From assembly GCA_021325135.1 (NCBI GenBank), contig JAJPHT010000015.1, forward strand, positions 64,001 to 128,000: a stretch of DNA of 64,000 nt, written 5' to 3'. This stretch comes from Pseudomonadota bacterium. Its GTDB lineage: Archaea > Thermoplasmatota > SW-10-69-26 > JACQPN01 > JAJPHT01. Shown one piece after another: positions 35,778 to 44,710 of the stretch. A program made the translations under genes and the position numbers. How positions within the stretch are numbered: position 1 is the stretch's first letter; each line of letters begins with the position of its first letter. The notes under the pieces were generated by a model. The model had not been told where the DNA came from and did not search any database. It worked only from the letters and a program-made list of their open reading frames with translations.

Positions 35778-36131
35778 ATGTGGGGGCGCACGCCTGCCCG
35801 CGCCGTGGCGGGACTGGCCCTCGCTCCCTGGCAATGGGGCGCCCTCGCGGCGGCCTACGCCGTCTTCTTCGTCGCCCCCGCCCTCTGGATGGCGCGCCGC
35901 GCCAAGCGCGACGGCGACAAGGTCGCCATCTGGACGGCCCTCGTCCTCGTGGGCAGCGTCATGGGCATCGTGGAGTACTTCGAGCATCGCGCCATCCTCC
36001 AGGCCCGCGCGCGGCGTGGCGACGAGCCGCCGGACTATGGGGCGGCCGCGCCCCGGCAGGGAAAAGGCCAAGAGGCGCCCCGGCAAGCGCCGCCCCGTGA
36101 GGAGGAAGGGGAGGAGCGGGAGGGGCGCTAG
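35778..36131 (+). CDS. Small membrane protein
   Basis: Two TM helices; start uncertain. Confidence 0.55.
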   Translation: MWGRTPARAVAGLALAPWQWGALAAAYAVFFVAPALWMARRAKRDGDKVAIWTALVLVGSVMGIVEYFEHRAILQARARRGDEPPDYGAAAPRQGKGQEAPRQAPPREEEGEEREGR

Positions 36132-36164
36132 CGGCGCGCGCCGTGGGGCGCTGCTGCCGCGGGC

Positions 36165-36278
36165 TCGCTGCGCGAGGCGGGCCGCCGGCTGGGCATGGCG
36201 GCGCCCTCGGTCCACAGGACCAAGAAGCGCCTCGAAGGGGCGGGGCTCCTGCCCATCCCCGCGCCGCAAAGCCCATGA
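36165..36278 (+). pseudogene. Orphan 3' fragment of a paralog of the downstream membrane-tethered wHTH gene
   Basis: SLREAGRRLGMAAPSVHRTKKRLEGAGLLP* matches TLREAGARLGLSAPSVHRCKKRLEKAGLLP near 38330-38420. Confidence 0.75.
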
Positions 36279-36379
36279 GCCCCCTCGGGCACCCGGGCCT
36301 CGCGAGGAGGCTTGCTAGCCGGATGCTCCGTCGTCAGGAATACCCCCCGCGCGCTCGTTCGTTCGGGAGCTTGACCTCC

Positions 36380-38467
36380 GTGCGTCCGACCCTCGCCTTC
36401 GCCCTCTTCGCAGCCCTTCTCATGACCGCCCCCGCCGCCCGGGCGGGGTGGTTCTCCAAGACGACCATCCACGTTGCCCCCTACCGCGTGGGCGACGTGC
36501 TGCGCTACGAGGAGGCAAGCCGCGTCGTCTCCAAGGACGGCAAGGCCGAGACCGAGTCCGCCACGCACGTCGCGGCGGTGGAGCGGCGCCTCGCCATTCC
36601 CGACCCCTACGGCGAGCCGCGCCCCGTGACGGCCATCCGCGTGGACCTGCTGCGCGACGGGAAGCTCAACGGCAGCGTCCGCTTCCACGTCCTCGACGGG
36701 AGCAACCTCTCTCTGAGGACCGACACCCTCTACGGGCAGTTCACGTATGGCTTCGGCTACAGCGCCCAGGGGCAGGGCGTCGCGGGCGTGCCCGTCACGG
36801 GCGGCTGGTCGTACAGCCAGAACACGACGTGGCTCTCCACGTTCAACACCAGCGTGTGGGACCTCTACCTCGTGCGGCCCGCGACGCTCTCCGAGGGGGA
36901 CCGCGTCCCGGTGGAGGACCTCTTTCCCGGCATGCCGCGGCCCGGCGCGCTCTCGGCGCCCGCGGAGGCCACGACCTTCCATGGCCACGACGCGATCCTG
37001 CTGCGCTACGACGTGGCCCAGCTTTTCGGGCCCGAGGAGACGAATCTCACTGGCGAGCTGAGGCTCGTCTTGGCCGACGGGCTCCCCGGCCTCGTCAAGG
37101 GCGAGGTGGACGCGGAGGACCTCGGCGAAGGCTCGCGCGAGACGGGCTCGTGGGAGTTGGCGGGCTACTCTCCGGGCAGCGGGGAGGCGATGCCCGCCTA
37201 TCGCGGAGTCACGCTGCGCGGCCCCGCGGCGGGGCCCTACGAGGCGTTGAGCCTCGACACGCGCGCCCTCCCCGTGGACTACCGCTTCGACGACGCGCTC
37301 GCGAACCTCAAGGCCGACCCCCAGATGGGGCTCGCCTCGTGGCTGCGGCAGCACCCGGCCGCGCAGGTCCTCTACGCTGGCTACGACCGCCTCGGCTCGT
37401 CGCGGGTGAGCGGCGCCCAGGACACCGACGGCGGCTGGGGCGTCACGCTGGTGGACGGGCGCGAGACGCGCTCCTTCTATTCCTCCCGCGAAGGCGCGGC
37501 GGCCGGGGCGGCGAGCCGGCTGCCCGACGCGCTGCGCAACGCGCCCGGCGTCACGGTCCACGACTTTGACGACGGCGGGAGCCGCGTGGACGCGGCGCCC
37601 GGCGTGCCCGCGGGTCTCGTGGCTCCGGCCGACGCGCTGCGCGCGGCGCTCGCCCAGGGGCTCGACGCGTCGAGCATCAAGGGCATCTCGTTCGCCCTGG
37701 GCTCGTACCACGGCCAGACGTATGCCGTCTGGACGTTCAGCGAGGTGGGCAGCCAGACGCAAAGCGGGACCGAGGAGGGGCGCATGGTCTTCGTGGACGC
37801 GATCACCGGCGCCGCGACGGGAATCGCCAGCACGCGGCGCACGGTGGACAACCCGGGCCTCATCCCGCTGGGCGCCGCGGCCGCGGACCTCCCGGGATCG
37901 GGCGCGTCCACCCTCTCTGCCCTCGCGGGCCCCGGCCTCGGCGCGGGCCTCGCCGGCGGCGCGGCGCTCACCGGCCTCGCGCTCCTGGCGCTCCTCGTGA
38001 AGTTCCTCCTCGTGCCGCTCTTCACGCGGCTGCGCCGCGACGGCCTGCTGGAGAACGCGACCCGCGCCCGCCTCTACGAGCGCATCCGCGCCGAGCCCGG
38101 CATCCACCTGGCGGAGCTTGTCGACTTCACCGGGATCGGCGAGGGCGCGACGCGGCACCACGTGGACCAGCTCGTGAAGCACCGCTTCGTCACGCGTCTG
38201 GACGAAGAGGGCTTCGTGCGCTTCTACGCCGCGGGCGAGGTGCCCCCCGACGTCGCGCGCCGCGAGGCGCTTCTCCGCGCGGGCTCCATGCGCGGCGTGT
38301 ACGACCTCTACGCCCGCGAGCCGCGGCTCACGCTGCGCGAGGCGGGCGCGCGGCTGGGCCTCTCCGCGCCCAGCGTGCACCGCTGCAAGAAGCGGCTGGA
38401 GAAGGCCGGTCTCCTGCCCGCCGCGACCGAGGCGCGCGTGGCGGCCGCCGCTGCGGCAGAAGCCTGA
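36380..38467 (+). CDS. Membrane-tethered regulator: large extracellular domain, TM, tandem wHTH
   Basis: Signal peptide; TM then PLFTRL...LLENATRARLYERIRAEPGIHLAEL...RHH...L; second HTH. Confidence 0.85.
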   Translation: MRPTLAFALFAALLMTAPAARAGWFSKTTIHVAPYRVGDVLRYEEASRVVSKDGKAETESATHVAAVERRLAIPDPYGEPRPVTAIRVDLLRDGKLNGSVRFHVLDGSNLSLRTDTLYGQFTYGFGYSAQGQGVAGVPVTGGWSYSQNTTWLSTFNTSVWDLYLVRPATLSEGDRVPVEDLFPGMPRPGALSAPAEATTFHGHDAILLRYDVAQLFGPEETNLTGELRLVLADGLPGLVKGEVDAEDLGEGSRETGSWELAGYSPGSGEAMPAYRGVTLRGPAAGPYEALSLDTRALPVDYRFDDALANLKADPQMGLASWLRQHPAAQVLYAGYDRLGSSRVSGAQDTDGGWGVTLVDGRETRSFYSSREGAAAGAASRLPDALRNAPGVTVHDFDDGGSRVDAAPGVPAGLVAPADALRAALAQGLDASSIKGISFALGSYHGQTYAVWTFSEVGSQTQSGTEEGRMVFVDAITGAATGIASTRRTVDNPGLIPLGAAAADLPGSGASTLSALAGPGLGAGLAGGAALTGLALLALLVKFLLVPLFTRLRRDGLLENATRARLYERIRAEPGIHLAELVDFTGIGEGATRHHVDQLVKHRFVTRLDEEGFVRFYAAGEVPPDVARREALLRAGSMRGVYDLYAREPRLTLREAGARLGLSAPSVHRCKKRLEKAGLLPAATEARVAAAAAAEA

Positions 38468-38492
38468 AGCGCCCGCCCCGCCTCGCCGTCGC

Positions 38493-38888
38493 GTGCGCGT
38501 GTTCGTCGTGCCCGGCCCGGACGAGGAGGTCGCCAAGGCCCTCGTCACCGCGATCCACGAGGCGGGCCACGAGGTCATCAACGACCCCTTCGGCGCGCTG
38601 AGGGCCCCGCCCCTCGCGCAGGCGGAGCGCAACGTCTTCCTGGGCGCGGTGGACCGCATGCTGGAGGCCGACGCCGTGGTGGCCGACGCGTCGGCCCAGA
38701 GCCACGCCGTGGGGTGGTGCGTCGCCTGGTTCCTGGCGAAGGGGCGCCTCGCCGTGCTCTCCTGCCGCCGCGACGCGCGCGCCGCCCTCTCCCCCATGCT
38801 CGCGGGCAACCCCAGCCCGTGGCAGAAGCTCGTCCTCTACGAGGGGCCGCGCGACCTGGCCGACGCCCTGGCCTCCCTTCTGCGCTGA
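38493..38888 (+). CDS. Nucleoside 2-deoxyribosyltransferase/Rcl-like fold protein, probably inactive
   Basis: ADAVVADASAQSHAVGWCVA...LSPMLAGNP resembles DxVVAEVxxPSxGVGYE. Confidence 0.6.
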   Translation: MRVFVVPGPDEEVAKALVTAIHEAGHEVINDPFGALRAPPLAQAERNVFLGAVDRMLEADAVVADASAQSHAVGWCVAWFLAKGRLAVLSCRRDARAALSPMLAGNPSPWQKLVLYEGPRDLADALASLLR

Positions 38889-39353
38889 CGCGCGCGGCGT
38901 CGGTGCCCTTTCTCGAAGAACGCTGGATCATGACGAGTCTTGTTATGAGAATCGCCACGAAATCTAGAACATCAGGAAAAGATTGACCCGTGTCGCCGTC
39001 CGGCGCCGCCGGTTGATGGATCCGCCGGATGGTGGGGGCGAGGCTGGCGCGTGGCGCCCCAGACCCGCCCGCGCGTAGGGCCGCCGCGATTCGCCTTTGG
39101 ATCGCCAATCATCAGGAAAAATCGATGGAGCGCCGGAGCGAATCCTCCCGGAAAGATAGCATTTGAATCGATAGCGACGCCTGGACGAGGCTTGCCGGCC
39201 CTCGCCTGGCGCGGACGGGCGTGGGAGACCGGTGAACCTGTGATCTGTTTCTGCGGCTTCGATTCACAATTAGTCTCGACGGTTGTATTTTCGTCTGCTC
39301 CGCGCATGCCGTGCCGGCGCCATGGCGCCATGAGAGTTGTTGGAGGAAATCAC

Positions 39354-41186
39354 ATGGAACGGCAGAACACGCTAACACACCTCGCCAGGAACGCCGGGGG
39401 GAGGGCCTCGCTGGTCCTGCTCCTTGGGCTCCTCGTCGTCCTTCCGCTGAGCGTCCCCTTCGCGGCGGGCACGACGCAGAGCCTGCTCGTCCCCCAGGGA
39501 ACGACCCTGGTCGTGGACGGGCACCTGAGCCTCGCGGACCTCACCGTGCTGGGAACCCTGGAGACGCGCGCGCCCGGAACCTGGACGATCGTCGCCCAGA
39601 CGGTGCACGTGGGCCCCCAGGGAATGATCCTGGGCCTGCGCGGCGCGGCCGGAGCGGACGCCCAGGGCGCCAACGCGGCGGCAGCCGCGGGCGCGCCCGG
39701 CGGAAGCATCGTCTTCACCGCGGCCTCCTTCGTCGTCGACCAGGGCGGCCTCGTCGCGGCCGGCCCCGGCGGCAACGGCGGCAACGCGCAGGGCTTCGGC
39801 CTCGTCGTGGGCGGCGCGGGCGGCAGCGGCGGCTCCGTCCTCGTGAAGGCCGTCACGAGCCGTGTCGAGGGCACCGTGATGGCGGGATCCGGCGGCGCGG
39901 GCGGGCACGCCTACCAGCACGTGGAGGGCGCCCTGGCGGCGGCCTCGACCGCGGCGTCCATCGGCGGCAAGGGCGGCGACGCGGGCCTTGCGCTCCTCGA
40001 CGGGAACCTGCTCCCGCTGCGCGAGCCCCGGCTCGTGCCTCCCCAGGTCGTCCAGATCCTGCAGGAGGTCGCCCACTGCGCCGGCGGGGTCCCCGTGGGC
40101 ACCTCCGGCCTCTCCCCGCCCGGCCCCATCTCGGGCGGCCCCGGCGGCGACGCCTGCATGGAGTCCATCGGGGCGCCCGGCCTGAGCGGCTCGGGCTGCG
40201 CGCCCAACAGCAGCACTGGCCTCCCCGGCCAGCCCGGCGGCCCCGCCAGCGCGACGGCCCAGGGCGGCGCGGGCGGCAACGGCGGCGTCGCCGGCAGCGG
40301 AGGCGGCGGCGGCAAGGCCACCGCCTACGCGGTCGCCGGAAGCGGCGGCAACGGCGGAGACTGCAACGCTCCCTCGGGCTCGGGCGGAGCGGGAGGCTCC
40401 GGCGCTGGAGCCACCGCGACCGCGACGGGCGGCGTGGGCGGCGCAGGCGGCAACAACGCGGCCGGCGGTGGCGGCGGCTCGGGCGGCGCGGGCGGCTCGG
40501 CGCTCTCCACGGCGCTGGGCGGCGCGGGCGGCAACGGCGGCTCGTCCTCCAGCCCCACGGGCACCGGAGGCGCCGGCGCCGCGGGAGGCAACTCCCACTC
40601 CACGGCCACGGCCGGGGTGGGAGGACAGGCGGGCGGCAGCCCCGGCGCCACCGGTGGCGTCGGCGGCAGCGGCGGCTACGCCCAGGCCACCGGGGCCTCC
40701 GGCAACGGCGGCTCGGGCGGCGACGGCGGCAACGCGCCCGGCATCGGCGCCGGCGCGGGCGACCCGACGATCGTGAGCGCCACCGGCGGCACGGGCGGTG
40801 GCGGCGGCACGGGCTACTCGGGCGGCAACGGTGGACAGGGCGGCGACGCCGTGACGTTCCTGGCCGCCACGGGCCTCCAGGGCGGCAACGGCGGCGCCAG
40901 CCCCAGCGGCGACGGAGCGGGCGGCCGCGGCGGAGACTACTTCTCCACCGCGACGGCCGGCAACGGCGGCGACAGCTGCCAGGGCGTCAACCCCCCGCCC
41001 GGCCCCCCCGCGCCCGGCCCCAACGGCCACGACGGCACCCCCGGAGCGGCCGGAACCGCGACCGCGGGCAACGGCTCGACCGCCGGCGGCTCGGGCACCC
41101 CGTCCGGCGCCAGCGGCATCCCGGTGTCCAGCTCTGTGCCCGGCCTGCCCGGCACCCTGGGCGGCCCCGGCTGCAACACGATGTGA
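39354..41186 (+). CDS. Secreted glycine-rich (PE-PGRS-like) protein A with G8-like N-terminus
   Basis: GGAGG SD; signal peptide; VPQGTTLVVD..L.VLGTL; many GGxGGxGG units; ends GCNTM without anchor. Confidence 0.85.
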   Translation: MERQNTLTHLARNAGGRASLVLLLGLLVVLPLSVPFAAGTTQSLLVPQGTTLVVDGHLSLADLTVLGTLETRAPGTWTIVAQTVHVGPQGMILGLRGAAGADAQGANAAAAAGAPGGSIVFTAASFVVDQGGLVAAGPGGNGGNAQGFGLVVGGAGGSGGSVLVKAVTSRVEGTVMAGSGGAGGHAYQHVEGALAAASTAASIGGKGGDAGLALLDGNLLPLREPRLVPPQVVQILQEVAHCAGGVPVGTSGLSPPGPISGGPGGDACMESIGAPGLSGSGCAPNSSTGLPGQPGGPASATAQGGAGGNGGVAGSGGGGGKATAYAVAGSGGNGGDCNAPSGSGGAGGSGAGATATATGGVGGAGGNNAAGGGGGSGGAGGSALSTALGGAGGNGGSSSSPTGTGGAGAAGGNSHSTATAGVGGQAGGSPGATGGVGGSGGYAQATGASGNGGSGGDGGNAPGIGAGAGDPTIVSATGGTGGGGGTGYSGGNGGQGGDAVTFLAATGLQGGNGGASPSGDGAGGRGGDYFSTATAGNGGDSCQGVNPPPGPPAPGPNGHDGTPGAAGTATAGNGSTAGGSGTPSGASGIPVSSSVPGLPGTLGGPGCNTM

Positions 41187-41285
41187 GCCCGACGGATGAT
41201 AGCACCCTGGGGGCGCCGCGCGGCGGCGCCCCCTCCTTTCCCTTTCACACGGACCCTGACACAACCACGCGATGGAGGCACTTCC

Positions 41286-43166
41286 ATGACGACCGACTCC
41301 GCATCCCCACGACGTGCGCGCGCGAAGCGCGCCGCGCTGCGCGCCACCCTGATCTCGCTCCTGCTCCTGGCGCCCCTGGGCGCCGCCGGGCTGGCCGTGG
41401 GCTCCGCGCCCCGCGACGTGACCGTCCCCGAGGGCGCGACGCAGGAGATCGACGCCCCGGCCCAGCTTGCGCGTCTCGACGTCCTGGGGACGCTCGTCGT
41501 GAATCTGGCCCCCGGCGAGAAGATCGACGCGCAGATCATCCATGTCGGGCCCCATGGCCTCATCAAGGCCCCCGATGGGCGGCCCGGCGCGGCGGCCCAC
41601 GGCGCAGACGCCACGGGCGCGGCCGGCGCGGCGGGCGGAAGCATCGTCCTCGTCGCGCAGACGCTGCGCGTGGACAAGGGCGGCCGCATCGTCGCGGGCG
41701 AAGGCGGCCGCGGCGGCGACGCGGATGGCCTTGGCGTCGTGCAGGGAGGCGCGGGCGGGGCGGGAGGCTCGGTCGCGCTGACCGCTCCCGCGAGCGCGAT
41801 CCTGGGCGATATCCTCCCAGGCTCGGGAGGCGCGGGCGGCAACGCCACGCAGATCGTCGAGCCTCCTGCGACGGCCGGGCCCGGCGCGAAGGCCGTCGGA
41901 GGGCGCGGCGGCGACACCGGGAGCGCGACGCTCAACGGCGCGCCCACCCTCCACGCGCCCCGCGCGCCCAGGACCGCGCCGCCCACGTTCCCCGTCAACA
42001 TCCCGCCGCCCTACCTCGCGAACTGCCCCGCGATCCAGCCCGCGACGGCCCCCGGCGTTCCCCTGACGGGCGGGCCGGGGGGCAACGCGTGCATGATCGT
42101 GCTGGGCGCTCCGGGCGCCCCCGGAGCCGGCTGCGGGAACCCGGGCACGGCGGGGGGCTCCGTGGTCGCGACCGCCATCGGCGGCCGGGGAGGCGCCGCG
42201 TTTGCCCTGGCGAGCACCGGAGGCGCCGGAGGCGGCGCGTGGGCCGGGGCCCGCGGAGGCGACGGCGGCGCAGGAGGCAACTGCGACGCGGACTTCAGCA
42301 ACGCGGGCGCCGGAAGCCCCGGAGGAGGCGCGACCGCGCAGGCCACCGGCGGCGACGGCGGCGGCGGAAGCGTCATCGGCGGCGACGGTGGGCCCGCCGG
42401 CTGCGGCAAGACCGAGGCCAAGGGGGGTGCCGGCGGAGCCGGCGGCGTGGCCTCGGGCATCGGGGGCGCCGGGGGCAGCGCGGGAACCGGCGGCGCGGCC
42501 AAGTCCTCGGCAAGCGGCGGCGCCGGCGGCGCCGCCAGCGGCCTGCCCAACGACTCGGGCGGAATCGGCGGCTGCGCGTCCGCCTGGGGCGCGGGCGGCA
42601 GCGGCGGCCGGGGCGGCACCGGGGGCCCCAGCGGCGGCACGGGCGGCGACGGGGGCGATGGCGCCTCCGTCTCCGTGGCGGACGCCACGGGCGGCCCGGG
42701 CGGATCCGGAAGCCTGCCGGGCATCGGAGGCCCGGCGTTCGTCATGATCGACCCCGAAGGGGGCGACGGCGGCGCGCCCACCGGCAGGGGCGGCGCAGGA
42801 GGCGACTGGATCGTCCTCTCCTTGGGCGGCAGCGGCGGGACGGGCTGCAACGGCTCGCCCGGCGGCGCCGGAGGAGACGCCAACGTCGTCGTGCCCCCCG
42901 GAACCGGCCACGGCGGCGCGGGGGGCGACGGGAACCCGAACAACAACAAGGGCGACGGCCACGAGCTGCTGCGCCGCCAGGAGAACGGGCCCTTCGGGAC
43001 CAGCGTGCCCGGCCCTTGCCCGGGAGGCGTTCCCACCCTCACGGGCGCAGGCCCCCCAAGCATGGGCCCGGCCCCGGCGCTCTCGCCCCTGGGCATGCTG
43101 GTCCTAGGCGGAACGCTCGTGAGCGTGGGCGCGATCGTCCAGCGGCGCGGTCGCGCGGGCCCCTGA
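41286..43166 (+). CDS. Glycine-rich protein B, paralog of A, with IPTL-CTERM-like sorting signal
   Basis: GGAGG SD; signal peptide; C-terminus ...VPTLT...PALSPLGMLVLGGTLVSVGAIVQRRGR. Confidence 0.85.
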   Translation: MTTDSASPRRARAKRAALRATLISLLLLAPLGAAGLAVGSAPRDVTVPEGATQEIDAPAQLARLDVLGTLVVNLAPGEKIDAQIIHVGPHGLIKAPDGRPGAAAHGADATGAAGAAGGSIVLVAQTLRVDKGGRIVAGEGGRGGDADGLGVVQGGAGGAGGSVALTAPASAILGDILPGSGGAGGNATQIVEPPATAGPGAKAVGGRGGDTGSATLNGAPTLHAPRAPRTAPPTFPVNIPPPYLANCPAIQPATAPGVPLTGGPGGNACMIVLGAPGAPGAGCGNPGTAGGSVVATAIGGRGGAAFALASTGGAGGGAWAGARGGDGGAGGNCDADFSNAGAGSPGGGATAQATGGDGGGGSVIGGDGGPAGCGKTEAKGGAGGAGGVASGIGGAGGSAGTGGAAKSSASGGAGGAASGLPNDSGGIGGCASAWGAGGSGGRGGTGGPSGGTGGDGGDGASVSVADATGGPGGSGSLPGIGGPAFVMIDPEGGDGGAPTGRGGAGGDWIVLSLGGSGGTGCNGSPGGAGGDANVVVPPGTGHGGAGGDGNPNNNKGDGHELLRRQENGPFGTSVPGPCPGGVPTLTGAGPPSMGPAPALSPLGMLVLGGTLVSVGAIVQRRGRAGP

Positions 43167-43179
43167 GGAGCGTCTGGAC

Positions 43180-44232
43180 ATGAGGCCGCGAAGGAGGGAT
43201 GAGGTCCGCTGGCTCGACTACCTGGGCATGCCCAGCCTGTTCGCCGTCCAGAAAAGGTGGCGGGCCTTCACGGAGCGCGAGGGCGTCCGCCTCGCGGTCC
43301 GCTTCCTCCTCGCCTTCGCGGCCCTCCAGTTCCTCTCCTCTTTCCTCCTCCTCGATCGCCAGGCAATGCAGGACGCCGTCGCGGCGGCGGTGGCGTGGTC
43401 CTCCCGCGCGCTGGGCCTCTCGGCCTCGCGAAGCGGCTCGCTCGTGACGTTCGATGGCTCCGCCTCCTACGAGGTGACGTTCGGCTGCACGGGGATCTCC
43501 GTGGCCACGATGCTTCTCGCCGCCGTGGTCGCGTACCCCGCCAGCGCGCAGGCGAGGGCGCTGGGCGCGCTCCTGAGCGCTCCGTTCGTCTTCGCGGTGA
43601 ACCTCCTGCGGCTGGACACCATGGGCTGGCTGGCAGCGCGTGCCCCCGGATGGTTCGCGCTCACGCACGAGGTCGGATGGGAGGCGGGCGTCATCCTGGC
43701 GGGAGCCTTCGGCTTCCTCGCGTGGGTCCGCCTCGTCGCGCAGCGGGACGCCCCCTTCCACGGCCGGTGGGAGCAGGCCCTCGTGTCCTTCGCGCTCTTC
43801 GCGGCGTTCTTCGCCGGCCTCACGCTCGTGGCGCTGGGCGCAGGCGCGGACGCGGCGCTGGGCCGGCTCCTCGTGCCCGCGCTCCAGCCGCTGGGCAGGA
43901 CGCTCTGGGGCGCGGCGTTCCCGCCACCCGGGCTCTCCGAAGGGCTTGACCCGCAGGTCTTCCTCGTCATCTTCACGGGGTTCGCGGCCGTGGCGCTGGC
44001 CTCGCGCAGGCTCCCCGCGCGAAGGAGGCTCCTGGTCGCCCTGGGCGCGGCCGTCCCCGCGCTCCTGGGCGCCCTTCTTCATGCGCTGGTGCGCAGCGCG
44101 TCCCTCCTGGGCCTCATGGCGTCGGACCCGCTCGTCTATACCCTGGACGCCTTGGCCTTCCTCGGTCTCCCCCTGGCCGCCTGGGCCCTTTGGGCGATCC
44201 CGTCAAGACGACGGGTTCCGCCGGTGCCCTGA
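43180..44232 (+). CDS. Exosortase/archaeosortase (XrtH-like) with extra C-terminal membrane domain
   Basis: EVTFGCTG (Cys), AAVVAYP, VNLLR (Arg), FALTHEVGW (His). Confidence 0.85.
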   Translation: MRPRRRDEVRWLDYLGMPSLFAVQKRWRAFTEREGVRLAVRFLLAFAALQFLSSFLLLDRQAMQDAVAAAVAWSSRALGLSASRSGSLVTFDGSASYEVTFGCTGISVATMLLAAVVAYPASAQARALGALLSAPFVFAVNLLRLDTMGWLAARAPGWFALTHEVGWEAGVILAGAFGFLAWVRLVAQRDAPFHGRWEQALVSFALFAAFFAGLTLVALGAGADAALGRLLVPALQPLGRTLWGAAFPPPGLSEGLDPQVFLVIFTGFAAVALASRRLPARRRLLVALGAAVPALLGALLHALVRSASLLGLMASDPLVYTLDALAFLGLPLAAWALWAIPSRRRVPPVP

Positions 44233-44248
44233 GGCCTCGGAGGGCAGT

Positions 44249-44265
44249 CTGAATCGTTATATACC
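44249..44265 (+). promoter_or_regulatory. TATA box of aIF-1A–Rio1–KH operon
   Basis: gaatcgTTATATAcc about 40 bp upstream of ATG 44297. Confidence 0.6.
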
Positions 44266-44296
44266 GAAGCCCGCTTAGCCGAAGACAGGTCCCCGG

Positions 44297-44704
44297 ATGG
44301 TCAACTATCGCAAGGCCGATGAGGAGTTCAACGCGGAAGCCGCCGCCGGCGGCAACCTCCGCGTGAAGATGCCCGACAAGAAGGAGGGCGAGCTCTTCGG
44401 CATCGCGGACCAGCTGGTGGGCGGCAGCCGCCTCAACGTCATGTGCGAGGACGGCATCTCGCGCCTCGCCAGGATCCCGGGCAAGATGAAGCGCCGCATG
44501 TGGATCCGCGAGGGCGACCTGGTCATCGTCAAGCCCTGGGAGTTCCAGAACGACAAGGCCGACGTCGTCTGGCGCTACACGAAGACCCAGGCGGAGTACC
44601 TCTCCCGCCGCGAGATGATCCCCAAGCAGATCGACGTCTTCCAGACCTCGTCGGGCGGACCCGCCGCCCCCGAGCCCGAGGAGTCCCCCGAGCAGTCGGA
44701 GTGA
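44297..44704 (+). CDS. eif1a: Translation initiation factor aIF-1A
   Basis: V.CEDG..RLARIPGKMKRRMWIREGDLVIV.PWEFQ..KADV.WRYT. Confidence 0.96.
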   Translation: MVNYRKADEEFNAEAAAGGNLRVKMPDKKEGELFGIADQLVGGSRLNVMCEDGISRLARIPGKMKRRMWIREGDLVIVKPWEFQNDKADVVWRYTKTQAEYLSRREMIPKQIDVFQTSSGGPAAPEPEESPEQSE

Positions 44705-44710
44705 GCCCCC

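Noticed and set aside
39354-43166. True PE-PGRS, collagen or RTX proteins
   Set aside because: No PE domain, Sec-type signal peptides present, no sustained Gly-X-Y run and no GGxGxDxL nonamers
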